From contig OZ024743.1 in NCBI GenBank assembly GCA_964016885.1, positions 169,694,001-169,758,000 of the forward strand: DNA of 64,000 nt, written 5' to 3'. Each line of letters begins with the position of its first letter. Position 1 is the stretch's first letter. The notes under the pieces were generated by a model, which worked only from the letters and a program-made list of their open reading frames with translations, did not search any database and had not been told where the DNA came from. Positions 1 to 12,600 of this stretch are shown here, piece after piece. Position numbers and translations under genes: made by a program. The DNA is from Eledone cirrhosa. Taxonomy: Eukaryota.

Positions 1-420
1 AGCGGCGGTTTTCTATCTCTGAATCTGTAAAGCTTTCAATCTATCCCAGCCATCCATAGGATTTTTCGTTTCATTCAGGTATTTCTGTCCACACTTTGGA
101 AATGTTTTGTATACATTTATAGCGATGGTTTGTTGATCGTGTTGGTCGTTGATTGTGTTGTGGTGTTGATTCGTTTGTTGCGTGTGAACTCACTTGTAGA
201 TTGATGTGTGGTGTGGTTACTGTTGTGTGATACAGTGTGACCAGCGGTTGTATGTGTGCAGGTAAGTGGGTAAGTCTTCAATAAGATGATGATGATATGA
301 TAGTTCTTTGATTACGCAGAAGATGAATATATATAAATGAACCACAAAAACACCAAACCGCTATATTATTAATTTATTGAAAATATGTCACGTCGAAGCT
401 ATATGAAAAATAGACAAGAA
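1..420 (-). mobile_element. possible 5' portion of a retroelement running off the window start (unassigned; perhaps Penelope-like)
   Basis: Minus strand is ACA/CAA-rich and then reads TFPKCGQKYLNETKNPMDGWDRLKALQIQR. No diagnostic motif is present in the window. Confidence 0.2.
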
Positions 421-1344
421 TTATGGACATTATTTGTTTGTTTGTAAAAGTAGAGTTAAAGTTGTATACCAAGAAAACTTCATGAACTTCAGTGGCTGGG
501 TTGAGAGAGAGACCAAGCGATAGAGATTGAGTGAAAGGGGGGATTAACAGAAAGTAAGAGTCTGTAAGGCCCTAGGGGGTCTGTAGAAAGCAATAGTTTA
601 CATGTTTACTCTATCAAGATCTGCTTCGAACTACTGCTGGATTGATCTAAGGCAGGCTATTTATCCATGTCGCTTCTTCTGTCCGCAAGCCTTGAAAACA
701 AAGGGATGGCCTCTAGAGGTCGTCCACTTTCAGACTAGTTGACGCCCGAAAGGAGATAACCACAAAAATGGCTGTTAAATGCCACCCAGGTGTCAAGGTG
801 TGGACAGATTTCGCTATACATTATTTGCTTATTTTCCCAACGTATATTTCGTCTATTTTCAAAATAAACCATGTTGGTATATTCTCCCCGCTCCCTCTCT
901 CTCTCTCCAACTCTCTACATATTCGAATTCATCCCATTCAATCTATTATTTAGTCGGTGGATGTCTTCGAAATTTTCACACATTCTCCTTGTCGAATATG
1001 CCTATGTATCTGATTATTTCCTCCGAATCTTCAACGACGATATACGCCACGATGACTACCTATCTCACAATTTCCCTGCCGCTCACCCCCACAGACTCGG
1101 CGACCAATCAAACCACAGCAACAAATTCTGCCATTACTAATATCGTCTTTCCTATACCCGCTCCCGAAGAAATTCTTGCATATCGTTATCTGTGGATGAG
1201 CTGAGGATGATGGAACAACCACAAATAAATAAATATAAATCCACTAGTTACCAAGCGTCCATGTAAAGCATTAATTCAGAGACAGAAAGCATATCCCACT
1301 ACCCCACAAGAATTCACCTTCCCCACCAGTGACGGCAGATGCCC

Positions 1345-1999
1345 AAAACTCTGAATTTTCACCATCAACGTGAACACAATGAAAGGAAGAGCAGGAGAAA
1401 TCATAGAGATGTTAGAGCGAAATGAAATTGATGTATGCTGTGTGCAAGAGAGTAGATGGAAAGGAGAGTCCACTAGAGTACTTGTAGGCAAAAAATCAGT
1501 GCTACAAACTTTTCTAGGTGAGAAATAACAAAGTGTTGGGTGGTGTAGGTATACTATTAGCTGACATATGGGTAGATAAGGTAATCTCAGTAAACAGGGT
1601 GAACGCAAGAATCATTAAATTCAGATTAGTCCTGAATAAAACAATTACCACAATTATATCCGCTTACGAACCCCAATCTGGGTTGCCAGACGAACGTAAG
1701 GATAGGTTTTACAAGTCCTTAATGCACGCTATTGCCCTAACAAACGACAATGACTTCCTAATCATTGCAGGAGTCTTTAACGCACGCGTTTGGAAACACT
1801 ATTTTCATGGAGGCTACGGGTTTGACATAAGAAATGAAGAAGGTTTCAAGCTTCTAGAATTCTGCGACACCAATGAGATATCGATATGTAACAAGAACTT
1901 TAAAAAAACCCAATAACCACCGAATCACCAATATATCAGGGAAGCATTCTTGTCAGATAGATTTTATCCTTATCAGAGGACGAGATAGATGGGCGGTTG
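1345..1999 (+). pseudogene. RTE-like LINE, APE endonuclease (5' part, interrupted by Gypsy insertion)
   Basis: Translation gives TINVNTMKGRAGEIIEMLERNEIDVCCVQESRWKG, ISAYEPQ, AGVFNARV, EGFKLLEFC and QIDFILIR, with stops and frameshifts. The 5'UTR probably extends upstream to ~600. Confidence 0.85.
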
Positions 2000-2353
2000 T
2001 GTAGAAGATCACGCCATCTAGCGTCGACTGTGAAGCCAGTCGATTAACTGCCCTTAGTTCTGACGTCAGTTGCTAAGAAAACAACACTCTGACCAAGGCA
2101 GCCCGTAGACAACAGACGTGCTAATCCCCGTGCAGTTCCACGCAGCGACATCACACCATGCGGTCGTGGCATAATACGATAATGAACCACTACCCAACCT
2201 TGGAGCACTGATGTGTTAACCAGTATTATGATTTGCTTTAATTAAAATGTTCACGTAACATAATCTTGAGGTATGTTCTTTTTTGTTTGATGATGTGCCA
2301 GCCAGTAAACAATAACCAATTAGACGGGATGACCGACGACCACCCCGCCTAAA
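2000..2353 (+). repeat. Gypsy 5' LTR (354 bp)
   Basis: Near-identical to 6952-7163 apart from a 142-bp segment; followed by the PBS. Confidence 0.93.
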
Positions 2354-2354
2354 G

Positions 2355-2372
2355 TGGTGACCCTCGACGATT
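2355..2372 (+). promoter_or_regulatory. primer binding site, tRNA-Trp-like
   Basis: TGGTGACCCTCGACG, 1 nt after the LTR, versus the complement of the tRNA-Trp 3' end TGGTGACCCCGACG. Confidence 0.8.
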
Positions 2373-2767
2373 AAATATGAAAGCGCAGCCTGCTTAACTT
2401 CGCCATTCGTTTTTAAATTGAAAATTGTTCGTCTTACACTAAAAAAAAAAAAAGAATATTTTTTCAAACATGGCTGACTGGCCAGCTAACATTCCCGCTT
2501 TCTTCTTCAAATGCGGCCATCTGATTGGCTTAGCCTCGTCACGCGACTATATTCTTGTTTTGGAAAAGAAATGTGACGCCATCATGTTTGATACTAGCTA
2601 GCTTGTTCCACAGATTCTGCCTTTTGGATTTTCGCTGCTATTTCTTGTACTGTGACTGAACTTCTTTTGCTTGCGGCAACTTAATGGATATTTAGGGAAA
2701 GTTGTAGTTTTCCCGTCGTTTTGAACATTACCTACTTTTATTCGTCCATGTGGTAATAGATTGACGA

Positions 2768-3545
2768 TGAGTGGTCCTGGTTTGCCTGCGTTCTCAGGTG
2801 ATACTAAGCTCTGGTTTGCGCAGCTCGGCGCTTATTTTGCTGCCAACGAAGTAAAAACCGAGAAAAAGCCCACTTTTTGATAAGCGGAATTCCTTCTTCA
2901 CCCGCTGTAACAGTGAAAGATTTAATTACGAACCCGTCGGCCAGTATTTCTTATGATTCGTTGCGGAAAGAAATTCTTCGAAGGAACAGTCGTTCTGCTG
3001 AGAGCAGATTTCGTTCATTGTTGGAGGATGAGTGTCTAGGCGATAGGTCGCCCGAATTTTTGTGCCACATTAAGGACCTCAGTGAATCGCCTGAACAGGA
3101 TAATTCTTTTATAAAAAAATTATTTTTCTCTCGCCTGCCAAACAACGTTCAAATTATTTTGGCAAATATAGTAGACACCAGCTCTTTGGAGCAAATTGCT
3201 GCTTCCGCGGATCGAATCGTGGAATTTTCTAAAAAGGCTACCGCCTCGGACTCGCCTATCGCTTCCTCTCATTTGAACCAGCCCGTCTCGACACGCGAGG
3301 ATGCCGTGTTGAAGGCTATTGACGCTTTGGCGCAGCAAGTAACTCGATTGTGCAGAGAGAATAGGCTGTATTCCCGGCGGCCTAGGAGTCGTTCGCGTTC
3401 TTTCGTGACTCCACGTCGGCGTACTACTTCGCCCGCCAGCAACGAATCATTGTGCTGGTATCATGCTACCTATGCGGATAAGGAAGATCATTGCCGGCCT
3501 CCGTGTAATTATTCGGCCGCGGGAAATGTGGACCAGAGTCACTAA
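2768..3545 (+). pseudogene. gag: Gypsy gag
   Basis: LWFAQLGAYF (upstream frame), LGDRSPEFL, LFFSRLP and C-terminal LCWYH..Y...HCRPPC. GGGAAAT slippery-like site precedes the stop. Confidence 0.85.
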
Positions 3546-6510
3546 AGGCGGCTAGTGAACTCTGTGATACAAAACGGAACCGCCATTTCTTCATTGAGGA
3601 CCTCCTGTCTGGAAGAGCCTTCCTAGTGGACACAGGAGCTTCATGCAGTATTTGACCTGTTACTACTATGACAGTAACTCCTCCTGAGTCGTTGATCGAA
3701 TTGCAAGCTGTCAACCAGTCAGCAATCAGAGCTTTTGGACAGATCTCGCTTCCTCTTAAGTTCCGAAATCTTCGTCGGGATTTCAAATGGGTATTCATTG
3801 TTGCTGATCTGCCATACCCGATTTTGGGCGCGGATTTTCTGCACCATTTTTCTTTGACGGTGGACGTTCGTCACCAACGCCTGATTGACAATATTACTGG
3901 TTTTTCTCTGTGTCGCAGGACGGCGGAATTTTCTACAGTTAACCCGACATTCTTTATTGCTAACTCTGGAAACTTATATCACGGACTGTTGAAATCGTTC
4001 CCGCAACTGACTCATGAAATTTTTAAAGTCACTGATCCAGGCTACGCTACGGAAGATTTTATTACTACAACTGGCGCTCCGGTTTTTTTCGCGTCCCCGC
4101 CGATTGCCAGCGGACAAATTAAATGCAGCACGGTCCGAGTTCGATCATATGCTACAGCTCGGAATTATTTGTCCTTCCACAAGCCCGTGGGCATCTCCAT
4201 TACATATGGTGCCAAAATCTTCTGGCGATTGGAGACCCACTGGAGATTATAGAAGATTGAACTCGATGACCGTACCGGATCGGTATCCTATCCCTCATTT
4301 GCAGGATTTTGCATCCTCGTTGCAAGGTTGCAACATTTTTTCGAAGCTCGATTTGATACGAGCCTACAACCAAATTCCTGTCAATGGAGACGACATCTCG
4401 AAAACGAATATAACTACGCCATTTGAATTTTTCGAATTTCTCACCATGCCTTTCGGATTAAGGAATGCTGCTAGCACCTTCCAGCGTTTTATGGATGAGG
4501 TCACTCGCGGCCTCGACTTTGTATACACATACATTGATGACCATCTTGTTGCTAGCTCTTCTCCAGAGCAGCATTTGCGCCATCTGGAACTTCTATTTTG
4601 TCGTTTAAAGAATTACAATGTTCGGATTAATCCGTCAAAATGTGTTTTTGGTTCCGAATCTTTGAATTTTTTGGGCCATGTCATTGACTCTGACGGTATT
4701 CGACCTATTCCTGAGAGAGTTAAAGCTATAGAGGATTTGCCTCCACCAACCTCACTTCGTCAGTTGCGCCAATTCTTGGGGCTGATTAATTTTTATAGGC
4801 GGTTTGTGCCTAATTGTGCTAAGCTACTTTTCTCCTTGACGGAAAGTTTGAAAAATTGTCGAAAGAAAAATAGAGACATTTCTTTGAATGAAACTCAGCT
4901 CCAGGATTTTGAGAGCGCGAAAATTGTTCTAGCCAATGCATCTTTGCTGGCTCACCCAGTGTCCAACGCTAAGCTTTCGCTTTGTGTTGATGCGTCGGAT
5001 ACTGCCGTGGGCGCAGTTTTGCAGCAAAGTAGAAACGATCAACAGCAACCGTTGGAATTTTTCTCCAGGAAGCTGAAACCTGCCGAAACCCGCTACACCA
5101 TCTTTGGACGGGAGTTGCTAGCAATATATTTATCGTGGAAACATTTTTCGCACATGCTTGAAGGAAGAACGTTTACTATCTTCACGGATCACAAGCCGTT
5201 GACATTCGCCTTGCAAGCAAAGGCAGACAAATACTCACCTAGAGAAACTAGACATCTTGATCTCATGTCTCAGTTTACGAATGACATTCAACATATTCCG
5301 GGTTATATGAATACAGCGGCCGACGCCCTGTCTCGTTTACCGATTACTTCAATCTCAACGCCCGATGGCATAGATTTGAATCGCTTGGCAGCCGATCAGC
5401 CTACCCTCGAATCGTTCGATGTTACATCACCTTAATTTGTGAATTGCAGGATGAAATACCTATCTTTACCGACCGCAGACGGACGGATCCTCTGCGACGT
5501 CTCTTTGGATACGCCACGTCCTTTTGTTCCGTTGAATCATCGTCGAACTGTGTTTCTTGTTTTGCACGGCATTTCACATCCTGGATCTTCTGCCACAGTA
5601 AAACTCAACGGCTAGATTCTTCTGGCCAAATATGAGACGTGATATTACTGTCTGGTGCCGTTCCTGTGTTGCTTGCCAGAAATCGAAAGTTCTTAGACAT
5701 ATTAAGACTCCTCTTGGTAATTTTAGTATCCCGGACGCCCGGTTTCGCCACATCCATGTGGACATCGTGGGACCTTGGCCCATCAGCGGTGGTTACAATT
5801 ACTTATTGACTGTAATCGATCGTTTTTCGCGATGGCCTGAGGGATATCACTGCTGAGACCACAACGCGTGCCCTTGTGTCTGGATGGATCGCTCGATATG
5901 GAGTACCAACTACGATTACAACGGACCGTGGAAGACAATTTGAATCGAACCTCTTCCATGAATTGACGAAAATCATCGGCGCTAAACGCATCCGAACTAC
6001 AGCATATCATCCTGCCTCGAATGGAATGGTGGAGCGCTTCCACCGACAACTGAAAGCCGCTCTACGGACTTCTCCTGACTCTACGCGCTGGAGCGAGTAC
6101 CTCCCTATTGTGTTGTTGGGGATTCGGTCAACAATAAAGGAGGACCTTGGGTTCTCCCCGGCCGAATTATTATATGGTGCTCCTCTAGCGTTACCTGGGC
6201 AAATTCTTGCCCCTGTCGATTTTGCTGAACAAGATCCGCTTTCCTACGTATCCCGTCTGCGTTCTTATTTTCAGGACCTGCCGCCGATGGATACGAGGAA
6301 GCAAACTGTACAATTTGCAGTCCCGAGGGATATTGCCTCGTGGACCCATGTGTTTGTGAGAACGATGCTGTGAAACCACCTCTCACACAACCATGTCCTG
6401 GACCCTACCGTGTATTAGCTCGTTCAGAGAAACATTTCACTGTAGACTTTAAGGGTTCCAGAGAGACGGTTTCGATTGATAGACTCAAACGAGCACATTT
6501 GGATACAGAT
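3546..6510 (+). pseudogene. pol: Gypsy pol (protease, RT, RNase H, integrase), with stops and frameshifts
   Basis: Protease FLVDTGA and [37 protein letters not shown]. RNase [23 protein letters not shown]. Integrase [35 protein letters not shown]. Confidence 0.95.
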
Positions 6511-6937
6511 GCTATCGCACCTGATCCACAAACGCCCCCGTCTTTTTCTTTCGCACACACACCTGCTTCTTCGTCGTCATCGTCCCCCCATCCCCATCAC
6601 CAAGATATAAGACTACGACCCGTTCCGGTCGGAGGGTTCATTGGCCAAAAAAACTGTGTAGCACGGTATATTTTTAAACTGCTATTGTGCAGTGCTTTAA
6701 TCCTGTAGTGACTTTTGGAACTTTTAGGAAATTGTAATTACATCTCATTACATTGTTTTTGCTTTTTTTTCCTTTCACGTTCTTGCATGCTTTTTTAATA
6801 TGTATTTTTGAAATTTGTTGTGCCCTTCATGCTCGGTTGGGCTGATTGCTCCTTGGTTTGGGATTTTTGATGGTTGCTAACCGGTTTTTCTACATACATG
6901 ATTCGATGAACCGATTTTTATTTAATTTTCTAAAATT

Positions 6938-6951
6938 CTGGTGGGAGGCCA
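6938..6951 (+). promoter_or_regulatory. polypurine tract
   Basis: CTGGTGGGAGGCCA immediately before the 3' LTR. Confidence 0.6.
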
Positions 6952-7163
6952 TGTAGAAGATCACACCATGCGTTCGTGGCATAATACGATAATGAACCAC
7001 TATCCAACCTTGGAGCACTGATGTGTTAACCAGTATTATGATTTGCTTTAATTAAAATGTTCACGTAACATAATCTTGAGGTATATTCTTTTTTGTTTGA
7101 TGATGTGCCAGCCAGTAAACAATAACCAATTAGACGGGATGACCGACGACCACCCCGCCTAAA
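6952..7163 (+). repeat. Gypsy 3' LTR (212 bp, internal 142-bp deletion)
   Basis: Matches 2000-2012 plus 2155-2353. Confidence 0.93.
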
Positions 7164-7756
7164 GTTGTAAACACAAAAGCCTTCCCTGGTGGGGAATGTA
7201 CCTCCCAACATAACTTAGTTGTCAGCGACATCATTGTCAGAACTAGAGAAACTTAGAATCAGAAGACAACCTGGCGAAGAAAAATCTGGAAGCTGAAAGG
7301 CCCATCAGTTAGTAACAGATTTAAAGATATCTTATGCCTACGACAGTAAAGAAGAACAGATAGAAACATTCAATATAGAAGAGCACTGGGGGTTCCTAAA
7401 AAATAACTTACTAAAAGCGACAGATAAGATTTGTAGTTGGAGCAAGACCACGGGGAGAAATAGAGTGACATGGTGGTGGAACAATAAGGTAGATGAGGCA
7501 ATTAAGGCTAATAGACAGGCATGGAAAGAATGGAAGAAAGGGGGAAGCAGGGTACATTACATACTAGGAGGGAAACAGAAGATGGAAAATTCAAGCATGT
7601 TTTGCAGCATGAGGACCTGATACAGGAGGTGTTCAAGATTGCGAGGTAGTGTGTTAGAGAAAATTGTGATGTCATTGGAGAGAAGTGTATCCGGAATGAT
7701 AAAAGTGCACTTGCCTTCACAAGTACCGAGAAGAAAGCTGTGTGGAAGAGCCATTA
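7164..7756 (+). pseudogene. RTE-like LINE continued (end of APE, linker); 3' part missing
   Basis: Removing the LTR element restores W-A-V-V-N-T-K-A-F-P-G-G-E-C-T-S-Q-H-N-L-V-V-S-D in frame. Continues with IWKLK, TWWWNNKV and EKKAVWKSH. Confidence 0.85.
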
Positions 7757-9385
7757 AGTTTTCCACCCTTAATCTTCGTCACAATCCGTCTCCAGTTGCA
7801 AGAGGTCGGGGACTGGAATTTCCTCCACAGGCGTTGGTGTTATTGGTGGATGGTAGTGGCGCTAGTGCTACCTCTGGCGTGGTGGTGGTGGTCTTGCTAT
7901 TGTTTCTGCTACAGTTGCTACTGCCGTTGCTGCTGTTGTTTTTTTCTTGTTAAGCCAGTGGGGTAGGCAGGAGAGGTAGCCTTCATTTTTTAGCCATCAA
8001 CTGATGGCAGAAGGCCTTTAGGTGGGTTCCACCGCCACAAACGACGCACCTTGACCTTCTACATTCAACGATTATGGTGAGGCGGCTGCCGGCATCGAGG
8101 TCTATCACCTCTGGAATCTCCCAGATATTTTTCTGGTCCGCTTGGATCAGGAGCTCCATTAAAAATCCGGACCAGTTCTACTGTTTTATTCTTATCACCT
8201 CGATGACCTTTGTGTCGTCCTCGATGTCATCGAGGACGGCAGCCATCAGCCAGGGAATTTCTATGGTCGGTGGAACCTGGGTTACCCTCTCTCTCACGAG
8301 TCTTTGTCAGCAGTAACTTGGAACTAGCGTGAACTTGTCGCTCTATAGTGGAACCATGGAGTGCTCTCTGGCTTCCTATTGAGTTCCAAGGAACACATCC
8401 ACGGTCCCATATCTTTTTCCACATATGATGTGGTTTTTCTGAGCCCACACATGTCCCAAAACCTTTGGGATCTGGGACTCGGATGCCCGCTCCCCTTGGC
8501 ATGTTTTTATGTTAATTGTATGGTATGATACTGTACATAGCTGCCGATGTTGCATGGTATTTGATGGAGGTGTGAGGCTGACTCTGTAACCATTTTTTTT
8601 CACCATTCGCCTGGCCTTATTCAGTTGGTCCTGGCTTACCTCAATCATATCGTTCTTGTTCACCGCTTTAGCTAAAGACACATTTGGTTTCGCGTTGGCG
8701 TTGGTGTTGTTGTCATTCTTATTGTTGTTGTTGTTGCTGTTGTAGTTTTTTCTTTTTCTTATTATTTTTTGTTTCAGTTGTTGCTGAGGTGGTGGTGGAG
8801 GGTAGTGGTGGTGTCAGTGGCGTTCGACGTGAATGTCCACATTGTAGGAGCATCCATTTTGTTATCACAAGATCATTTTTTTCTTTCAGTTATTGCTGTG
8901 GTGGTGGTGGTGGTGGTGGTATGAATGGTGTTGCATGTACTCCTCGACATTGTGGCGGTGGAGTTGGCGGCTTTAACACCGGTACATATTGGCAAAGGTG
9001 GAAAGTCTACGTCTGCACGTGCCAAACTTTGGCGACTGCTATTGCTAGTGCCGCTGCTGCTGCTATTAGCGAAAACGTTATCGCTGTTAGCAATTGTAGC
9101 AAGGTTCACAATGGTCGTAGTAGAAGTAGTGACAGCAAGCTTAATTTTGGGAGGTGTATACCGTCCATGTATTTTTTTTACCCCAAAAAATTGTTAGTTT
9201 GAAAAAATAAAGTTTAAATTTGGGCTCAAGGCCCCAATATTAATGAGTGTCCTTTTCAGAAGGCAATATATATGAACTTATCAACAGTTAAAAACAAAAA
9301 ATTTCCATAACTGGTAATTGGAAACAACTGAAAACAACAAATCTTTGTGGAGCTCACGATAATACGATTTCCTACGTAGATGGTC
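7757..9385 (-). mobile_element. Tx1-like LINE copy A (5'UTR plus ORF1 only; ORF2 and 3' end lost)
   Basis: 5'UTR is homologous to copies B and G. ORF1 ATG at 9168, with SLAKAV, KYGTVDVF-like motif and a CVVCGG.THLKAFC knuckle. Abuts (AAT)16. Confidence 0.85.

Positions 9386-9433
<48 letters not shown>
9386..9433. repeat. (AAT)16 microsatellite between copies A and B
   Basis: Direct reading. Confidence 0.98.
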
Positions 9434-9434
<1 letters not shown>

Positions 9435-9653
9435 TTTTCTTTATTAACCACAAGGGTTTACATAAAGTAGACATTAAGGACAGTACAGGACAATACAGGA
9501 CGGTACAAATGGGCATTTCTGCGTGTAAAAAAAACAGAGGATGTAATAAAATAACAAAGAAATATTCCCCAATAGGGGGGAGACTTCCGAGGGACATTTG
9601 TGGAGAAAGCCCATTAAAAGACCACAGTCCTCTCCCAGTTTTCCACCTTTAAT

Positions 9654-12600
9654 TTACAGACACATACTCAGAGTAGGCCCATTCACTCGGGCCATACTTG
9701 CTTCTCTCACCCATCTTTCAACAAAATGCTGGGAAGAGAGCATTTCCCTCTCTACCCTGATTTTCCTTTTCAAATGAAATTTGAAAAAGTTAATCAGGGC
9801 ATCACCGAAGAGGTAAGTGCTCGTCTTCAGCCCTTTCAAACGTGTCCACCATACTATCTCTTTCGCCATGGCCACCAGATAGATAAAAACTGCCTGCCCT
9901 TCCGGCTAAAGGGAGAGGGCGGGGCAATCCTCACGATGGACTCAGCTGATAGCTAGATCCGTCCTACACGTGACAGCAGGTGTTCGACATAAACCCACAA
10001 GTCAGCAATGCTCGGACACTGGACGAGTGCGTGCAGGACGGTTTCGTCGCCCTGCGCGCATCTCGGACATGCCCGGCTGACGGCACCTCCATGCCTATAG
10101 AGTTTATCCCGAACTGGCAAAGCTCCCCGGTAGCACTGCCAGGCCAGGGATTTCTGGAAGTTGTCCATAGGCCCCGGCCCGAAAGTTCTTCCGAAGAGAT
10201 TGGCTAGTTGATTTTCGTCGCTCTTCCCCTCCACTAATCCTCTATAGAACGCCAAGGTGGAGTTTCCACCGATCACATTGCCCGATTGGCCGAGGGCTGT
10301 GAGCGCCTGAAGATATTCCAGTCTCCCAGCGCTCCCTCTCGGTCTTCGCTTGACCCAGGACTGCAGCTCCGTCAAGGAGATGAGCTGGGGAATGACGCGT
10401 CTAGCAAACGGCGACCACACCTGATCACCGTCGATGAAGAGGTGGAGATGTCGTAGCCTGAGCACATGTCTGTTCATTATCAGCCACGGCATGCCCAGCC
10501 CTCCACGTAGATGGTGTTGAAAGCAGATGGACCTCCTGACCATCGGAGCGCGTCCCTTCCACAAAAGGCGAAAGAGCAAACGCTCCAGCGCAGTCAGGCG
10601 AGGCTTAGGACAAGGCACAGCGGTCAGGTGGTAGTAGATGACGGACATGATGTACGCGTTACCCACTTCCGCTCGATCTTTCAGGGATAGCTTCCTCTCC
10701 GCCCATTTCTGGGTGACAGAAGCCACCCTGCTCGTCACCTCGTCCCAGTTTTTGTCCGTCTGGAGGACCGGACCGAACCAGACCCTTAACAATTTAACCG
10801 GTCCGTCCGTCCAGCGCCCGACGAAACTGTTGGACGGCATGGACCTGCCTCTCCAGGTGCCGAGCTGCAAGTCAACCGACTTTTCCTGGTTGATCATTGC
10901 TCCTGTCACCGCTTCGTATTCTCTTATTGTAGTACCGATAGCCTCGATGTGTTTGGTACTACGGTGACATCGTCCGCATATGCTGACACGGAATCTTCCA
11001 CATCATAGTTCGCGCGGGACCCCCTCAACGTCTCCAGTTTGTGCAGTAATGGCTCGAGAGTCAATACGTACAAGAGGGACGAGAGGGGACATCCTTGGCG
11101 GATCGAGCGCATGATGTTGAACAGTTCTGAAAGGTGACCATTCACTCTCACCACAGAGCAGATGTCGCTGTGCATGGCAGCGATCCAGCCTCTGAAGATG
11201 GAGCCAAAGCCAGCCGCCCTCGGGACTGCCGCCAGATAACGATGGTCCACCCTATCGAAAGCTTTCGACTGATCTAAATTGATCAAGGACCCACCCGTGC
11301 CAGGTTCCCTAGCTACCCTCTCCACGATGTATCGCATGAGGTGGAGGTTGTTGTGGATGGATCTGTCGGGAATGGGGCATATCTGCGCCTCTCCTACCAG
11401 ACAACAAACGACAAGCGCCAAACTCTTTGCTAGCGCCTTGGCCAAAATCTTGAACTGTGTGTTTAGCAGAGTTTTGGGCCTGAAATTATCTATGTTATCC
11501 CCCTTGTTCGGATCCTTTTTCAGCAGCGCCACCGCTCCTCGGCTCACAGAGCTGGGAATTCTCCCGTTCTGTTACCAGTTGCAGTAGACGTCCGCCAAGA
11601 GGCTTCCGAACAAGTCTGGCATCTGTACGTAAAGTTCATAGGGCAGACCATCCAAACCTGGCGATTTACTCCTTGTGCATCCAGTCATTGCCTCCCGTAC
11701 TTCAGCTGCTGCTATCGGCTTTTCACAATACTCCGCCTCAGTGGCGGAGAGCCGCGGCAGTCCGTCGAGGTAGACACTAAAGTACATCCCTCGATCCGGC
11801 CCACCGCTGCCCCCGAACAGCTAAGCGAAGTGTCGCTGAAAAGCTTCACACATTTGCCCGGAATCGAGTAGCATGCGCCTGTCGTGGTCCAAACGGCGAC
11901 CACACCTGATCACCGTCGATGAAGAGGTGGAGATGTCGTAGCCTGAGCACATGTCTGTTCATTATCAGCCACGGCATGCTCAGCCCTCCACGTAGATGGT
12001 GTTGAAAGCAGATGGACCTCCTGACCATCGGAGCGCGTCCCTTCCACAAAAGGCGAAAGAGCAAACGCTCCAACGCAGTCAGGCGAGGCTTAGGACAAGG
12101 CACGACGGTCAGGCGGTAGTAGATGACGGACGCGATGTACGCGTTAGCCACCTCCGCTCGACCTTTCAGGGATAGCTTCCTCTCGGCCCATTTCTGGGTG
12201 AGAGAAGCCACCCTGCTCGTCACCTCGTCCCAGATTTTGTCCGTCTGGAGGTCCGGACCGAACCAAACCCCTAGCAAAATAACTTTCCTTCCGTCCAGCG
12301 CCCGACGACGCTGTTGAACGGCATGGACCTGCCTCTCCAGGTGCCGAGCTGCAGACCCACCGACTTTTCCTGGTTGATCATTGCTCCTGTCACCGCTTTG
12401 TATTCTCTTAGTGTAGTGTCGATCGCCTCAATGTGTTTGGCGTGCGACACCACTACGTTGACATCGTTCGCATATGCTGACACGGAATCTTCCGCATCCT
12501 AGTTCGCGCGGGACCCCGCTCAACGTCTCCAGTTTGTGCAGTAATGGCTCGTGAGTCAATACGAACTAGAGGGACGAGAGGGGACATCCTTGGCGGACCG

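Larger units (their letters stand above)
2000..7163 (+). mobile_element. Ty3/Gypsy LTR retrotransposon, full length, decayed
   Basis: Paired LTRs both start TGTAGAAGATCAC. GTTG TSD at 1996-1999 and 7164-7167. PBS and PPT present; domain order gag-PR-RT-RH-IN. Confidence 0.95.

Noticed and set aside
620-800. HDV-like ribozyme in the RTE 5' region
   Set aside because: A hairpin GGATGGCCTC-TA-GAGGTCGTCC (~705-726) is visible, but I could not assemble P1/P2/P3/L3 by eye. A covariance-model search is needed.
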